Source of the DNA: Penicillus capitatus | Lineage: Eukaryota > Plantae > Chlorophyta | Assembly: GCA_965649825.1 (NCBI GenBank) | Contig: OZ287704.1 | Coordinates: 666,301-730,300, forward strand | Direction of reading: 5' to 3' | DNA length: 64,000 bases | Shown here: piece by piece, positions 25,501 to 38,649 of the stretch | How the letters are laid out: every line of letters starts with the position of its first letter | How positions within the stretch are numbered: the first letter of the stretch is position 1 | Notes under the pieces: model-generated | Databases searched by the model: none | Told to the model about the DNA's origin: nothing | Seen by the model: the letters and a program-made list of their open reading frames with translations, nothing else | Translations under genes and position numbers: made by a program

Positions 25501-26555
25501 GGATCCATCGAGAGCGAATTGGCCGAAAGAGAGGTCCTCTCTGCCGTGCTGCACGAAGTTCCCATCGCTGTCGATTCTCTGCTTGCTCGTCCAGGCCATT
25601 TCTGGAGACTGGTAACACTGGCCTCTCTGAGCGGCAGCTTGGACTTCATCGCAAAATGCGTTCTTGAGATCTCTAACGCCTCCGAAGTCATCGGCAGTCC
25701 AACAAACTCAGCAGAACCTTTCCGCACATCCTCCCGATCTAAACGGCATCAGAGACGCAGCAGCGGCGTGGGCAACTGGGAAGGTCTCTCCACGAGTCTC
25801 TCCATGATCATCGATCGCTACCGCTCCCTCTCAGGTAATCTCTACTGCTTTCTTTAGGCCTCGTGATCAACATTTTCGTAGGGATCTGCATCCGGGCACT
25901 TCGATTGGAGATGATATCGCTGTGCGTTCATCACTTGGGTGAGTTATCGGAGTGTTCGCATGTCTGTGACGACGAAGAGCAAAAGGAGATCCCCTTCTTC
26001 GTTGGCGCTTTGATCCGAAATGCAGCCCGGGCACAGGAGGAGATTCAGCCACACCTGTCGCCGGAGAAGCTGCGTTACGTGACGAATGTTCTCCCAAGTG
26101 CCTGTGCCACGACGATGGTTGCTCTACTGCCGACGTTTCGTGAGATCAATCCCACAGGAATGGACCGTATCCAGCGCATTCTCGCTGTCTTGAAGCCGGC
26201 GATGACGATGCTTTTGGGAGAAGGCAGCGCCGTCGAACGGCAAAAGCTCTTTGAGCATGCACAGACATACTACACCTTGCTCTCTCTGAATCCCTACGAT
26301 CTAGTGGATGCCGTACGGAGACGACCGGCGAGATTTACAGTGAGAGAACTCAAAGCTCTGTTGGAGATTCACGTGCCAGGTACAGGCCGATACTCGCAAG
26401 AAGAGCACATCTCAGAGAGTTGCTGTGTAGGAAGGAGAGTCATGGAGGTGCACTTCAACGAGATCGAATCCCTGACAGAACAAACGATGGAGGCGAGATT
26501 AAAGAAGCTTCAGCAAATGAACTTGAAACGCAATCGAGCTCTGATACGTCACTGA
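22573..26555 (+). CDS. SEC8: Exocyst complex component SEC8/EXOC4
   Basis: N-terminal RFDALKHVVEIL...VVDVYHNGFNLAIQNYSKILQLFSESREQ|VDSIQLALNETRRRLG matches plant SEC8; C-terminal RALRLEMISLCVHHL helical region; intron-rich. Confidence 0.9.
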
Positions 26556-27417
26556 CTTTACTGACCATCGTAAAGCAACATCGCCATGTGGCCGGCCAAA
26601 CATGCAATCCACGATCCTGTAGTGAAACGTGACATCTGTGTCTCTGTAGCTTGACATTTCACTTTAAATGTGTACTAGACGGCGAGAGTTCTCGCGAGAT
26701 AAGTCGTGTGCCCTTCTGTAAGGAGCTGACTTTTGGAGGAATCGACTGGCTTCATCTTCCTGGTGAGATGAAACCGCCTTCAACGGGTTCTGCTGGAATA
26801 TAATACAGAAACGCATAGCGTGTTCCTTTGCAAGTTGACCAGAGGCTCTTGTCGTTCGATTCTTACATCTCTCTGGCAGACAACGACGAATTTTCTGTCA
26901 TTCTGCGACACCTCATTCTCCTTATGGAGAATTCAGAATCCACTTTGGATATTATGGTCTGGCTTTGTGTATCTAAGTATCGCTGCCAAACGCAATGGAC
27001 TCTACCCTGTGAACGCTTCAAATCAATAATAGTCCGTTGGCGGCTGCTACGGTTTCGGACACGGTGCTGTCTGTTACAGTTTAGCTAACAATGAAGCTCA
27101 CCAGACTCACGTGTCATAGATACAGCCCTGATTTCGGAGTGCCAGAAGTGAATGACGTCGACATATGCTGGCTGTGAATGGACAGTTAATGCGTTCAGCC
27201 ATAACGGGTTTACTGTTCAGTCACCCAAAACCACAAGTTTCTCTTAAACAAAGACCGATCGTCGTCGGAGAATTCTCTGTTAACGCCGATACAACTCAAC
27301 ATCACGCGTGTTTCCATCGATGCTGTCTTTTCACTTCGCTTCAGGACAGCAGTATCATCCCCTGTTTGCCGAATCGGCGCTGAAACTGAAATGCTTTTTC
27401 CAAATCGACGCCGGGAC

Positions 27418-28577
27418 ATGGCTGCAAAAACTCTCTCTTCTCTCTGTTTTCTTTTCGTTCTTTTCTGGAGTCCTTTGACTGAAGGTAAGGTTACTGAAGT
27501 GGCATCAGCTTTGGCGCACGTTTCTATGCAGCGAACCACATCGGAAAGCTGGGATTGTTTCCCGAAAACGGAGACATGAAATCTGAAGGGTAAGGATTCA
27601 ATCGCCTCGAGTGCGTTACTACACGGAGCGGTGTTTTCCATAGGCTTTGGACAGTTTTCGGTCGTGCTGGAGCGAATATGGCCAGAGGCGTATTTTCGCG
27701 AAAATCGAGGGGTCCCAGAATCCCCATGAAGACACAGAAACGCGTGGACCTCAATGTCGCCAAGGCGCTCGCAGAACTCGTGAGCGTCTCCTACTGCCAT
27801 GACCTGACAGCTGTGGCCAATTGGTCCTGCACTCGATGCGAACGGCAGCCCAACTTCGTTCTGACCGAGATCGTGCAAAACTCAACGTGGAATGTGCTTG
27901 GCTACGCGGGGTACTATGAGCCGCTGAAAGCAAAGATGCTCATTTTCAGAGGCACTCACGGTAGAGATTTTAAAAACTGGGTCGAAAACTTCAAAGCCCA
28001 ACAGCATCATGTCCGATTTGAACTCACGCTTCCGGGATTCGAAGACGTTCGTGTGCACAACGGATTTAGTCGTATCTGGAATATCCCGTTCAAGAATTCT
28101 GTTCTGACAGCCATGAAGCATTTGGAGGAAATCTATGGGAAAGACGGACCGCTCTACATTGCAGGGCATTCTGCTGGCGGCGCAACAGCACAGCTAGCCG
28201 CCGCAACTATTGCACTCGTCATGGAATACGATGACATTCATCTCTACACATTTGGATCCCCTCGAGTGGGAAACTTGCCCTTCGCTATGATGCTGTCAAG
28301 TCTCGTGAAAGAAAGCTGGAGATTCACACACAACAAAGACATCGTGCCCACATTGCCTTGGATGACTATGGGATTCTGGCACACCGCTCAGGAAGTCTTT
28401 CAACAAGAGAAAGCCGTTTTGCACAGCCATCACATCACAAACTATCATGTCTGTGATGGGACAGGCGAAGATCCCAAAGGACACAACTCGATGTGTCGCT
28501 TTGGCTTCGGCTGCAACAGTGTGAATGACCATTACTTCTACCTCAACACGATCATGGAAAACGATGGAACATGTTGA
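27418..28577 (+). CDS. Class 3 lipase (alpha/beta hydrolase), secreted
   Basis: Signal peptide [31 protein letters not shown], nucleophile elbow [33 protein letters not shown]-terminal DH. Confidence 0.92.
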
Positions 28578-28737
28578 TTCTGCTGAAGTGGATGGATGGA
28601 TGGATCATGCATGCGCTCTATATGTGTTTGTTTGTACGATCGAAGAGTATTCTGAAAAGACGTTATCTAGATTTAACTCCTCTTCGGTTTGTACGTTCGT
28701 GCATTCGCGATTCGGTCTTGTTTTCTTCGTTGCGACC

Positions 28738-29619
28738 ATGCCGAGCTTAAAGCTTCAGAAGAGACTGGCGGCGTCGGTACTGGACTGCGGAAAGAAGAAG
28801 ATATGGCTCGACCCGAACGAAGTCAACGAGATCTCTATGGCCAACTCACGTACGTCGGCGCAATGCGCATTCTTCTGCCGCCTTTCTTTCTTGGGAATGC
28901 CTAACGACGGATACTGTTTTGTGAATGATGTTTGATGCCTCTGTGCAAAAGAGTGAGAAAAGCGTGACGTTTGGCGGCGGTATGGTGTAGGACAGAACAT
29001 GCGCAAGCTGATAAAGGATGGCTTTGTGATTAAGAAGCCAAATGTGATCCACTCGCGTGCACGTGCCCGCAAACTGCTGGAGGCAAAGAGAAAGGGCAGA
29101 CATTGTGGACACGGTGCGCCTTATCCATCGACATGTGGATATCCGTGACGACAACTGCACAGGAAAGCGACGTGGAACACGAGAGGCGCGTCTCTCATCG
29201 AAGACCCTCTGGATTCGCCGCATGCGTGTCCTGAGGCGTCTCCTTCGCAAATACCGAGACTCCAAAAAAATCGACCGACACATGTATCACGAGATTTACA
29301 TGAAAGTATGCCTCCTGAGCTTATGCGTCTCCCCTGAGCCATCTTTTGGTGACATAGGTGAAGGGGAACATGTATAAGAACAAGCGCGTGTTGATGGAGG
29401 CCATTCATAAGCAGAAAGCTGAGAAGATGCGCGAGATGGCCATCGCCGAGAAAGAGGAATCGCGTCGCACGCGGAACAAGATTGCTAAAGAAAAGAAAGA
29501 AGCCAGACGAGAAAAGAAGATTACCGAAGTACACTTCTCTCCCGCAGTTTCAGCCCCCTGCATCTCTCTTTGCCTCTCAGGGAATACGCAGCGCTGAAGA
29601 GGCGAGGCAGAAGAAGTAG
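28738..29619 (+). CDS. RPL19: 60S ribosomal protein eL19
   Basis: [28 protein letters not shown]...ANSR|[10 protein letters not shown]...RKGRHCGH|[10 protein letters not shown]...[14 protein letters not shown]...[13 protein letters not shown]; 4 introns. Confidence 0.98.
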
Positions 29620-29970
29620 GGCACGTGCGTTTTCGCAAAGGGTAGCGGATCTGCGGTTGTGCGCACGATGGTTATGTAATCGAAGGGTCCTCTCGACCCC
29701 AGTGCAAAGCAACCGGCGTTTTGTCAAACCTTCTGCGTCGAACATGTGGCAGAGTCTTGTCAGCTCGCCGTCCTCTACGAGCTGAGTAAGACCGTTACAC
29801 AACGGCCTATCATTTGCAAAGAGTTGAGTTACCAACGAGGTCGTTTCATTAGACCTGGTCACTCAACGTTGAAGAATTCGTGGGTCAAGTTTTTTCGTCA
29901 GTTTTGTTTGATACTTTGCACACTGTCTCCGCGTCTCAGTCTTTATTGAACGGAAGACTCACGAACGACA

Positions 29971-31973
29971 ATGGCAAACAACGACAACTCCTCCGGACGA
30001 CGCGGTGTGTGAGATGGCCGTGTCTGTCGAGACGCGACCCGTGGGCCATTTTTGTAGGACTCCTTAACGACGACATTTCTCGACGCCAGAACCAGTTGAA
30101 CGACCCAAAGAATGGGTATGCGAAATCGTTTGTGACATACGAAGGTGAACGCATCGAGTCCATACCGTGACGATACTGACTCCTCCTGCGACTGTCTGCA
30201 GACTTTTCGCCTCTTCATTTGATTGCCAGAGATGCCCGTGCTGCTGGACAGTGCTCTCCAGCACCTGGTCATCACGGGCAGCCTTTCTATCCATCATGCC
30301 ATCAGCATCAACCTTACCCTACTATGTGTTCAGCAAATAACATCGGATCACATCCAGCTGCTGTCCAAAATGACACACATTCGAAGGATGCAGGTTACCA
30401 GTGCAATTCGTCGAATGGACGTGGTACTGCTTCGGTTGGACAGCAACAACAAACATATCATAACACTACATTAGCTACGCAACGCCTCCATTCAGTTCAG
30501 CAACAGCCGTATCCGTTACAACCCTGTCAAACTCCGTGGCAACCACATCCTGGGAATTTTCCATACCAACCGACCTCTGGGCAACTGGTTTCGAGCGTAT
30601 ATTCAGGCACTCAGAGCTCTTTCGTCGGAAATTCTAAAGATCGCCTATGTCGCCCTCTGGCCGTTCCATCCCAACATCAGCCATTCAATGCACTAAACGG
30701 AGCAGAAGGCAAGGATCGAATGAAGAATCTTTATTGTCTGTTTACCGCTGTCTCCATAGACATGAAAGCTCGTGCAGCGGTTGGTGGTGTGACATTTCGC
30801 CCGCCCAATACCGAAACATACAGTCTCCCACGTGATTCCTCTCCTTACTCTCCATCTACAGCTTCCCTCTGTTTTCTAGTCAAACGCTGCGTCGCCATCC
30901 TTCAGGGCAAGTTCAGCGATGCAGAAGTCGAACTGTTGGGAAACTGTATAACAAGGATGGGCTTCTCTAAGCCAAAGATCTACAGGGAACCTGAGAAAGC
31001 CATCCCCAAAGAAGTCGTCGAAAGAGAAATCGGAAAGCTTGTGGACGGCCTCTCTCCGGGTTCCAATCTGCTTCTGATTATCGCCACCCGTATACGCCGC
31101 CAGCACATTCTTTCGCGTTTCCCACTCTCGTGTGTTCTAGTCACCACAAATGGCATTGAATTGGATAAGCGGTTTCTCATGGAACAGGTCTATGAGAAGG
31201 TTGCCCGCGACAATAACACCATAGCAGAGTGGAGGGAAAACCGACGCAGATCAAAGAGCGATACATTCGACAGTAGATCCTATGAAGGCGTGACATTACA
31301 CGTGGTGTTGGATGGCCTATCGGGATGCGTCCTCCCTGAGGCTCTACTTTTCGAGCCCGATAGAAAGAATGAGTCTAGCGGACTTCGAGCCACATGGGTC
31401 CGCGTTCCCAAAGGAACCGAAAACCATGGCGATTTGTCTCTGTTGAAGAACGGGCGAATTGTGCAGATCTGTTCAGGCGCCCATCGATACGGGCACAGCT
31501 CTGGAAACTTGTTGAGCGTTTTGGCCTGTGTCGTTAACGCCCAAGCATACGTTCCGTACAACGTCCTAGCTTATAACATCTTGTTGTTCACAAATCATTT
31601 TTTCTGCGAAACCTACGAGAATGGCGAGAAAAGGTGGAGAATTTTGGTCGATGGGTTGGTTGATGCCTGAAAGTGTGTTGTTTGTAGACATAACGCGAGA
31701 CAGATGATCAGTGGTGCTTCGGCACGTACAGGAGGAGAGATCGCTACCTTTTCCTTCTGTGCGATGACGGCGCTGTATCAGAAATTCAATGCACTAGCAG
31801 AGAAACGTCGAAAGGAAATTGTTGCGTCGATGCTGGCGAAGGGTGAGATGCTGTTTTCTTCTGCCAACAGATTTGATCCGAATCTCTGTGTGGACGTCGA
31901 TTGGGATGACGATGAAATACCTCTTAGTCATTGTATGACGAGCGAAAATGTCTTATTGTCGTTGGGGCAATAG
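29971..31973 (+). CDS. Probable degenerate (catalytically inactive) type I metacaspase-like protein with a Q/P-rich N-terminus
   Basis: Spliced model with one ~1.4-kb exon; KLVDGLSPGSNLLLII, GVTLHVVLDGLSGCVL, GEIATFSF and LFSSANRFD resemble metacaspase segments WLV..A.PGDSL.FHYSGHG, GV.L.AI.D.CHSG..L, GAMT..F and QL.SS..FD. Confidence 0.45.
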
Positions 31974-32455
31974 GAGAAGGCACAATGTCCGCTTAAAGCA
32001 AAGAGAAAATGTGTCTATCTATTGAGTCTGTGCATGACGTGTGTATCGTGCGGCAGCGTAGCGGACGTTAGCTCGCATAATCGAAACGTCACATCACTCA
32101 GCGATGCGTGAGCTCGATCCATGGCAAAACGGAGAGTTCACTTTGGGGTATCGTCTTGCCCGTCGCCTAAAGCGTCGTAACGTGACGGGACCGATGCTAG
32201 TCACATCAACACCGCCTATTTGAACGCGAAGGAAAAGGCGTGACATTCGAGAACATATTCGGCATATTTGAGACGCTGACTGTCCTGCTCGCGTTCTCTG
32301 CCATTTATTAGGTTTCCGTGAAAAGATATCCATTCCGATCAACCGATCGAAAAGGCCGCGGATTCTATTCTCAAATGGAATGCGTTTCACAACCGTTTGT
32401 TCTCAAGAAGAGGTTCCATATTCTTAGGATATGACGTCGGGATAGTGTGGTTGGC

Positions 32456-33794
32456 TTATTTCGGAAAGATTTGTTCAAGGGCTTCTGAGAAGGGCGTCAA
32501 CGGGAACGGTATTCTCGCCATCAGTGCCCGGCAGTCCATAGAGATGTCCAATGGACTGCGAACCTTCCTGCAAAGCACGATTCTCTATCACACGGCTGCG
32601 TGTTCTCTCACTCACTCTTACCGAACGATGTCCACACTTTTTGTTTCATCAATCTCGGGGTTCTCTATTCCCAGATGCAGAGCAACCTGTCACATCATCT
32701 CAATCTCCGCCCAGGACGTACGAGTGCAGAAGAGCGCACTTGTCTTGCCATGTCGACACGACTGAGACGCTGTGGTCCTCCCATATTCAGCGTCAACTGA
32801 AGAGATCCCTTTCGCGATTCCTCCATAAAATACTCGACGATCTTCACGATGTCCAGGACAAAGATGGGACATCGGTACTCATCCGAAAAGAACTTTGTTT
32901 TCTTGCCAGACTTTATATTCTCGACCTGCACTACAGACAGTCACTTACCTCTATCCAAAGCAGTAGTATCCCATCACCATAAAATCCAAGAACTTCGGTT
33001 CCTCGCTCTTTTGTGTAGGTTGGCTGCCATAGATGAGACTGGATCGCAGAATAACATAGTTGTCCCACATGGACTAAACCAAACCCATCGATTATCACTT
33101 GTCACGAGTACTCTATGTCAGATGGTGGCGACACCTTAATGCATTCCTCTGCCTGTACTTTCGTTGTGCCGTAATGATTTACGGGTCGACACAGATCGTC
33201 TTCTCCATAGAACGATGACCCGCCGTCATACACCTGCATCTCCACAGCCATAGACCAACCGCCCACCAATAACTCCCTTTCTGCACCTGATCTGACGAGA
33301 GGTGCACGAACAGAGGCTGCCGGTCGTTCCGTGGATAGATCTTTGCCAGTTCTTCCAAGAGAAGGGTCGGAACATTGATCTTCCTGCAAAACATCAAAGA
33401 GATCTGCACCACCCTATCGATGAAGCGTGCTGTTGACGTTGCTTTTTCTTTGTTCTCCTCGCAGGTACCAGTACTTGACAGAGCAGCACAGTGCACAATG
33501 ACATCCAAGGGTCTCGTCTCGGTGAGACATGTCTCTAGACCTGCTCCCATTTCAAAATCCACCTACCAATCGACAAGCATTTCGCACTCATCTCATCTCT
33601 TAGACGTGACCTGCCAAAGCTGAACATCTTCTGCATGATGCAGCACCCGATGGCAATACGTGGCAGACACCTGCAACCGTAGCAACAGAGGGTTTTCAGT
33701 AGGTGGATATCGTTGCTTTGTATTCAGGAGTCAGATGCGCGAGAAGGTGTTGGCCCAAAAATCCAGAGCCGCCTGTGATCAATACATGCATCAT
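32456..33794 (-). CDS. RmlD-like NAD(P)-binding reductase (dTDP-4-dehydrorhamnose reductase / MAT2B-like)
   Basis: MMHVLITGGSGFLGQHL Rossmann motif, VHCAALS, VHLSSDQV|Y.G, YGTTKVQAE (YxxxK), NMGGPQRLSRVDMA, RSPLDISMD. Confidence 0.9.
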
Positions 33795-33902
33795 GATAAC
33801 GTACTTATGGTCTATTAAACATACGTCGATTCAATCGCTCGTGGGCGTTACCACCCTCTTCGATTAGACCCGTCGAAGGCTTCTTTGCGCCGATCCGCGA
33901 CG

Positions 33903-36900
33903 ATGACGACGCGCAACGCCGTCGGCTTCGAAGTGCGTCACGCTTTCGCCGCATCTCGCTCTTGCCTTCTGATGCGAACGTGTTACCCTTCTTTAGTTAC
34001 GTCTATCGTGTCCGACCGGACTGAGACTCCCTCCTAGCTGCCAGCGAACGTACACATACTCTGATCTGTGCTGAACCCTAAGCGACATCATGTCTGCCGC
34101 AGTTTTCGCCATGTTACCAAAGAGAGGCCGCTCTCACGCAGAGGATACCGATTTGTGCTGAATCGGCCAGTTCTGCTGCCCTCATCCCGTGCCTCGATGG
34201 ACTCGACGGATACAGATTTGGTTCCGGACACAGATGTCGTTGAACAAACGTCGGCCGAGACACCATCCGAAGACAGTGACAGTTCCCCAGAGGAGGCATC
34301 CGACGACAGCAGCGCCCTTGAGGCGTCCGAAGAGGATGATCTTCTGCCACTTCCTCCACGGAAATCTCTGGCAGAGTGTCGTGTTGGCGATGTCTTAGAA
34401 GCTAGAGTGGTAGGGTCATGCACTTCCTTTTTGCAAAGCCGTGGATGGCTGACTCTTTGTAGAAACATGTGATAAGTTATGGTTGTTTCTTGGATGCGAT
34501 TTGCGAGTGCGATGTCTTTGTCCATGTGTCTGACTTGACGGTAAGAGAACGGTGACACGTCCATGAGAAAAGAATGTTGGTTTGTCCAGACGGCGTTCGT
34601 GGAGGATACAGCGAAGCTACTAAAAATCGGTGACAAAGTCAAGGTCGAATTGATCGAAGTGAACGATCGGCTGAAAGGCAGTTTAAAGAATCACAACGAT
34701 TTCGGTCAGAAAGTCAAGAAGCAACAGCCGCAAAGGACGCGCCGGCCAGAAAGGAAAGAACGCAGCCCATCAGGATTTTTTGATGGTTTCATCGCAAAAC
34801 TGTCGCCTGACGGCGCAGTTGTGACATTCGATGATGGAAAGGCGTCAGGATTTCTCCCAGTAAATGAGATGGTGAAGCCGGACGATGTCGATTCAGAAGA
34901 CATTCAGCTCACAGACATGCTCACGAAGGATGACGGCATAAGAGTCAGGTGAAGTTTGCATGCAATGGGGATCGGTGAATGGAGAAAGTGTGATGTGATA
35001 ATAGAGTGCTCGAGATGGACAGGGCAACAAAGAGGACAATACTGACCATGCAACCACTCGTGGAAACTGAAGTCGATGAAATTGATACGGAGTTCGAGGA
35101 GGAAGACCAGAAAGGCGAATACTTCTTTGATGATGGTGGTTCTGGAGAGGACGCAATTCTGAAAGCTGTTTTGAAGAAAGCAGGATTCGTGCAAGCCATG
35201 TTTGCTGATCCAGAAAAAGAAGTTAGTTGACTCTAGGAACACGATGGATTCGAAGAACGGATGAGATGTCTGTGCATAGGGTGCTACGGATTTGCAAACT
35301 GCAAATGGGATTGAGCCTGTCTCTCAAGCAACAACAGAACTGTTAAAGACTGAGAAGACAGAAGAATCGCCAGAATTGGTTACTGAAGAAGATGCATTGA
35401 CAAGGGAAGAAGAGCCAAAGATTGTAGATGGGGTACCCGGGGTAACAGAAGAGGCTATTGAGCAAACTGAGATGAAGCCATCAGAGAGTGATGCAGAGGC
35501 AGTGGCGGAAGATGTTCCCGACCAAACGGAATCGGTATTGCAGACGGAGGCAGAGCAAAAACTGGAAACAACAGAAGAACCAGAAGACACAGAAAGCAGC
35601 ATTCCTTCAGTCAGCGAAGAGGTTGCTGAGCCGTCTATGTCTGAAGTGGAGGAGGAGACAGCCGATGCCGTGGATGTGCAGGATGCGACAGTAACAGCCG
35701 ATCCTTCCGTTGCTGAAGAGACTCTCGAACAGTCGATAACAGCAGAAGAGGCAGCTGCCGCGGAGGAGGAATCTGCGGCAAACATCGTTGCTTCTATCGC
35801 AGAAGAGATTCCTAAACAAGCCGAGTTTAAACCGGAAACCGAACCTGTCAACGACGCCAAAACGACAAGCGAGGATACCGAGGAGGTCACTGAACAACCA
35901 GAGACTGTTGCTGCAACGGAAGAAGCCGCTGTGGTCAAACCCGAGAGCACAGATGCCGAAGATCAGATACCAGGAACCCCTCCATCGCCCGAAGAAGAGA
36001 TTCCGGCCGCAGACTTGACAGACGTTGAGGAGAAAGCTGTCCAGGCAGCAGTGCCTGAGCAGCCAGCAGAAGAGAGTACACCACCGATGCGCATATCGGC
36101 ATCGGTGGTGAAGGACCTTCGCGAAATGAGTGGAGCAGGAATGATGGATTGCAAGAAGGCCCTGACCGAGTGCAACGGCGACATGAACGCCGCCGTGCAA
36201 TACTTGAAGAACAAAGGCATCGCCAGTGCTGCCAAACGCGCTGGCAAAATCGCCGCCGACGGCGTCATTGCCACATACATCCACGCAGGAGCCAAACTGG
36301 GTATTCTGTTGGAGGTCAACTCCGAAACGGATTTCGTGGCGCGAACAGACGCTTTCAAAGAATTCGTTGATGATGTTGCCCTTAGCATTGCTGCCAGTCC
36401 TGATGCCATCTGCATTTCACCGGACGACTATCCCTCAGATCTCCTTGCCAAAGAGAAGGAAGTCGAAATGGGAAGAGAAGAGATCGCGAGCAAACCCGAA
36501 GGCATTCGCGAGAAGATCGTGGCGGGACGGTTGGAGAAGATCAAAAAGACAGCCTCTGTCCTGGAGCAACCGTTCATTCGAGATCAAACAACAACGATAC
36601 AGACAGCACTGACCGAAATCGCAGCATCTCTCGGGGAAAAGATCTCCATTCGACGATTTGAACGATACGAATTGGGAGAGGGATTGGAAAAGAAGGAGGC
36701 TGATTTCGCAGCCGAAGTTGCCGATCAGATCGAATCCAAAAAGGCCGAAGCAATGACGACCAAACCCGAACCCGAAGCGGCACCTGAGGCATCTGATGCC
36801 GAGATGAAGCCCGTTGTCAAAGTGGCCGCTTCTCTTGTGAAGGAACTCAGAGAGATGACCGGTGGTGGATTGATGGACTGCAAGAACGCGCTGTTGCAGT

Positions 36901-37475
36901 GCGATGGCGATTTGGAACAGGCGGCTGAGTATTTGAGGAAGAAAGGCCTGGCAGGCGCGGCCAAGAAGGCGGGTCGTTTGGCATCGGAGGGTGTCATCTG
37001 TTCATACATTCATCTGGGAAGTCGACTCGGTGTCATGGCCGAGATCAATTGCGAAACCGATTTCGTTGCACGAGGCGACGAGTTTCGGCAACTGGCAGAT
37101 GACATTGCCGTTCAGATTGCTGCCTGTCCCGAAGTGGAGTACATTACAGAGGAGGCCGTTCCGAAAGCGCTTTTCGAGGCTGAACTGCAGAGCGAGATGG
37201 AGAAAGAGGACATCCAGTCCAAAGACGAACACATTCGTCAGAAAATCGCCGAAGGTCGAGTGCAGAAGACCGTCTCGTCGATGTGTCTCCTCGATCAGCC
37301 TTTTCTGAAAGACACGAACAAAACGACCGGCGATATCATCAAGGAACACATCGCCACATTGGGAGAGAACATCAAGGTGCGCAGATTCGTGCGTTTTAAT
37401 CTTGGAGAGGGTATCGAGAAGAAAGAGTCCGACTTTGCTACAGAAGTGGCAGAGCAGATGCAGAAAAGAGATTAA
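33903..37475 (+). CDS. PETs: Plastid polyprotein PETs: two S1 domains (PSRP-7), an acidic linker and two UBA-EF-Ts modules
   Basis: S1 domains (VGDVLEARV|KHVISYGCFLD...VHVSDL; FIAKLSPDGAVV...GFLPVNEM) and two copies of VK(D/E)LREM(S/T)G.G.MDCK.AL..C.GD...A..YL..KG(I/L)A.A.K...E(V/I)N.ETDFVAR...IRRF.R(Y/F).LGEG. Confidence 0.95.
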
Positions 37476-37568
37476 CTTTTTGTCGATACATGACTTTTTT
37501 GAGATTTTTCGTCCACACACCACATGTGTCCAAAATTGTGCACGGCGAAAATAAACGCGCCCCCAAAA

Positions 37569-38557
37569 TCACTTCTCACTCTTGGACGGGATTTTCGGAA
37601 CGATCAGGCCGTAACCGAATTCCTTTCGCTTGTATACCACTCGGATATCACTGCCTTCCTTATCCTGGAAGATGTAGAAACGGTGTCCTAAATTCTCCAT
37701 CGCCTCTGTGGCCTCTTCAGGCGTCATAGGTTCCAGATTAAACATCTTAGTGCGGACGATTTCTGGCATCTGTTCTTCTTCGATCTCGATGTCCGAATCG
37801 ATCGACTCCATATCTGGCTGCATCTCCTCGATATCGGCGGCTTGCCTTTCGCCGCGTCTGTATCTACCGCTTCCTGGCCATTTGCCTTTGATCATCGCAA
37901 TTTCTTTTACTTTCTGCATCTTGTGCTTCACTTTGTCGCCCACCAAATCGATTGAGGCATAGAGACTACTCGCTGCCGTTTCGGAACGCACGACACCGTT
38001 GCGCAAGGTGTAGATGGTGACTTCTGTTTTCTGTTCTCTGTTAGCGGATCATCATTTTTGCAAGTGTGAGAATGATGTGACGTTACTTGACGCCTTTGGT
38101 CCCTGTGTCTCCTCCTCGAACAGAAAGAGTGACTTCTGCCGTTTTGATCGACTGAGCATAATGATGCAACGCCTGTGCGATTTTCTTCTCGGCGTAGTTT
38201 CGGATCGCATCTGTCACTTCAAGTTTGCGTCCCTTCACGATAATCCGCACCGTTTCCGCTCCTGTCGGAGCTGCCGCAACGATCTCAGTCTCGACGGTCA
38301 CAGCATGGCGTCCCGTTAGAGGCGTCGTCGACCGCAGTCGTTCACCAAACACGGCTAGAAAGCAGCTCTTTCTAATAAGGCTTCTCAAACAAGGCGCTTA
38401 CTAGACCGGTAGCGATGCAAACGTGTCAAACGCGACGCTGGGGTGGTCGGCTAAAGAAGGAGATGAGGGGAAGCGGATGGGTATGTACGGGCCCAACCTG
38501 AAGAGATCGATGGCACAGCGCCCAACGCGGCTGTGTTTTTAGAAGGGTGGCGTCCAT
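37569..38557 (-). CDS. PSRP1: Plastid ribosome hibernation factor PSRP1 (long HPF / S30AE)
   Basis: Spliced transit peptide, then RIIVKGRKLEVTDAIRNYAEKKI, LSVRGG, EVTIYTLRNGVVRSE...LYASIDLV.DK, and C-terminal VRTKMFNLEPMTPEEA...LGHRFYIF...VVYKRK..GYGLIVP. Confidence 0.93.
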
Positions 38558-38649
38558 GAATGCCAATAGGCGTTTGAAAAGACAGCGAGAGCATTCTCTT
38601 ATCAAAATGAACGTCGAGACAAATTTTCTGCGCCGATGAAAAACGGGCT

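Noticed and set aside
26600-27400. ORF 26828-27088 and a possible ncRNA in the SEC8-lipase spacer
   Set aside because: Non-ATG start, no motif, no convincing splice model or RNA structure; left as intergenic.
29936-30163. Minus-strand 75-aa ORF
   Set aside because: Antisense to the inferred first exons of the metacaspase-like gene.
32094-32390. Minus-strand 98-aa ORF
   Set aside because: No homology recalled; lies in the probable 3' UTR region between convergent genes and contains two copies of the non-coding 8-mer.
35324-36792. Long antisense ORFs over PETs (also over the kinesin, receptor, tubulin and lipase genes)
   Set aside because: Ser-rich shadow frames expected opposite Glu/Ala-rich coding sequence; no motifs.
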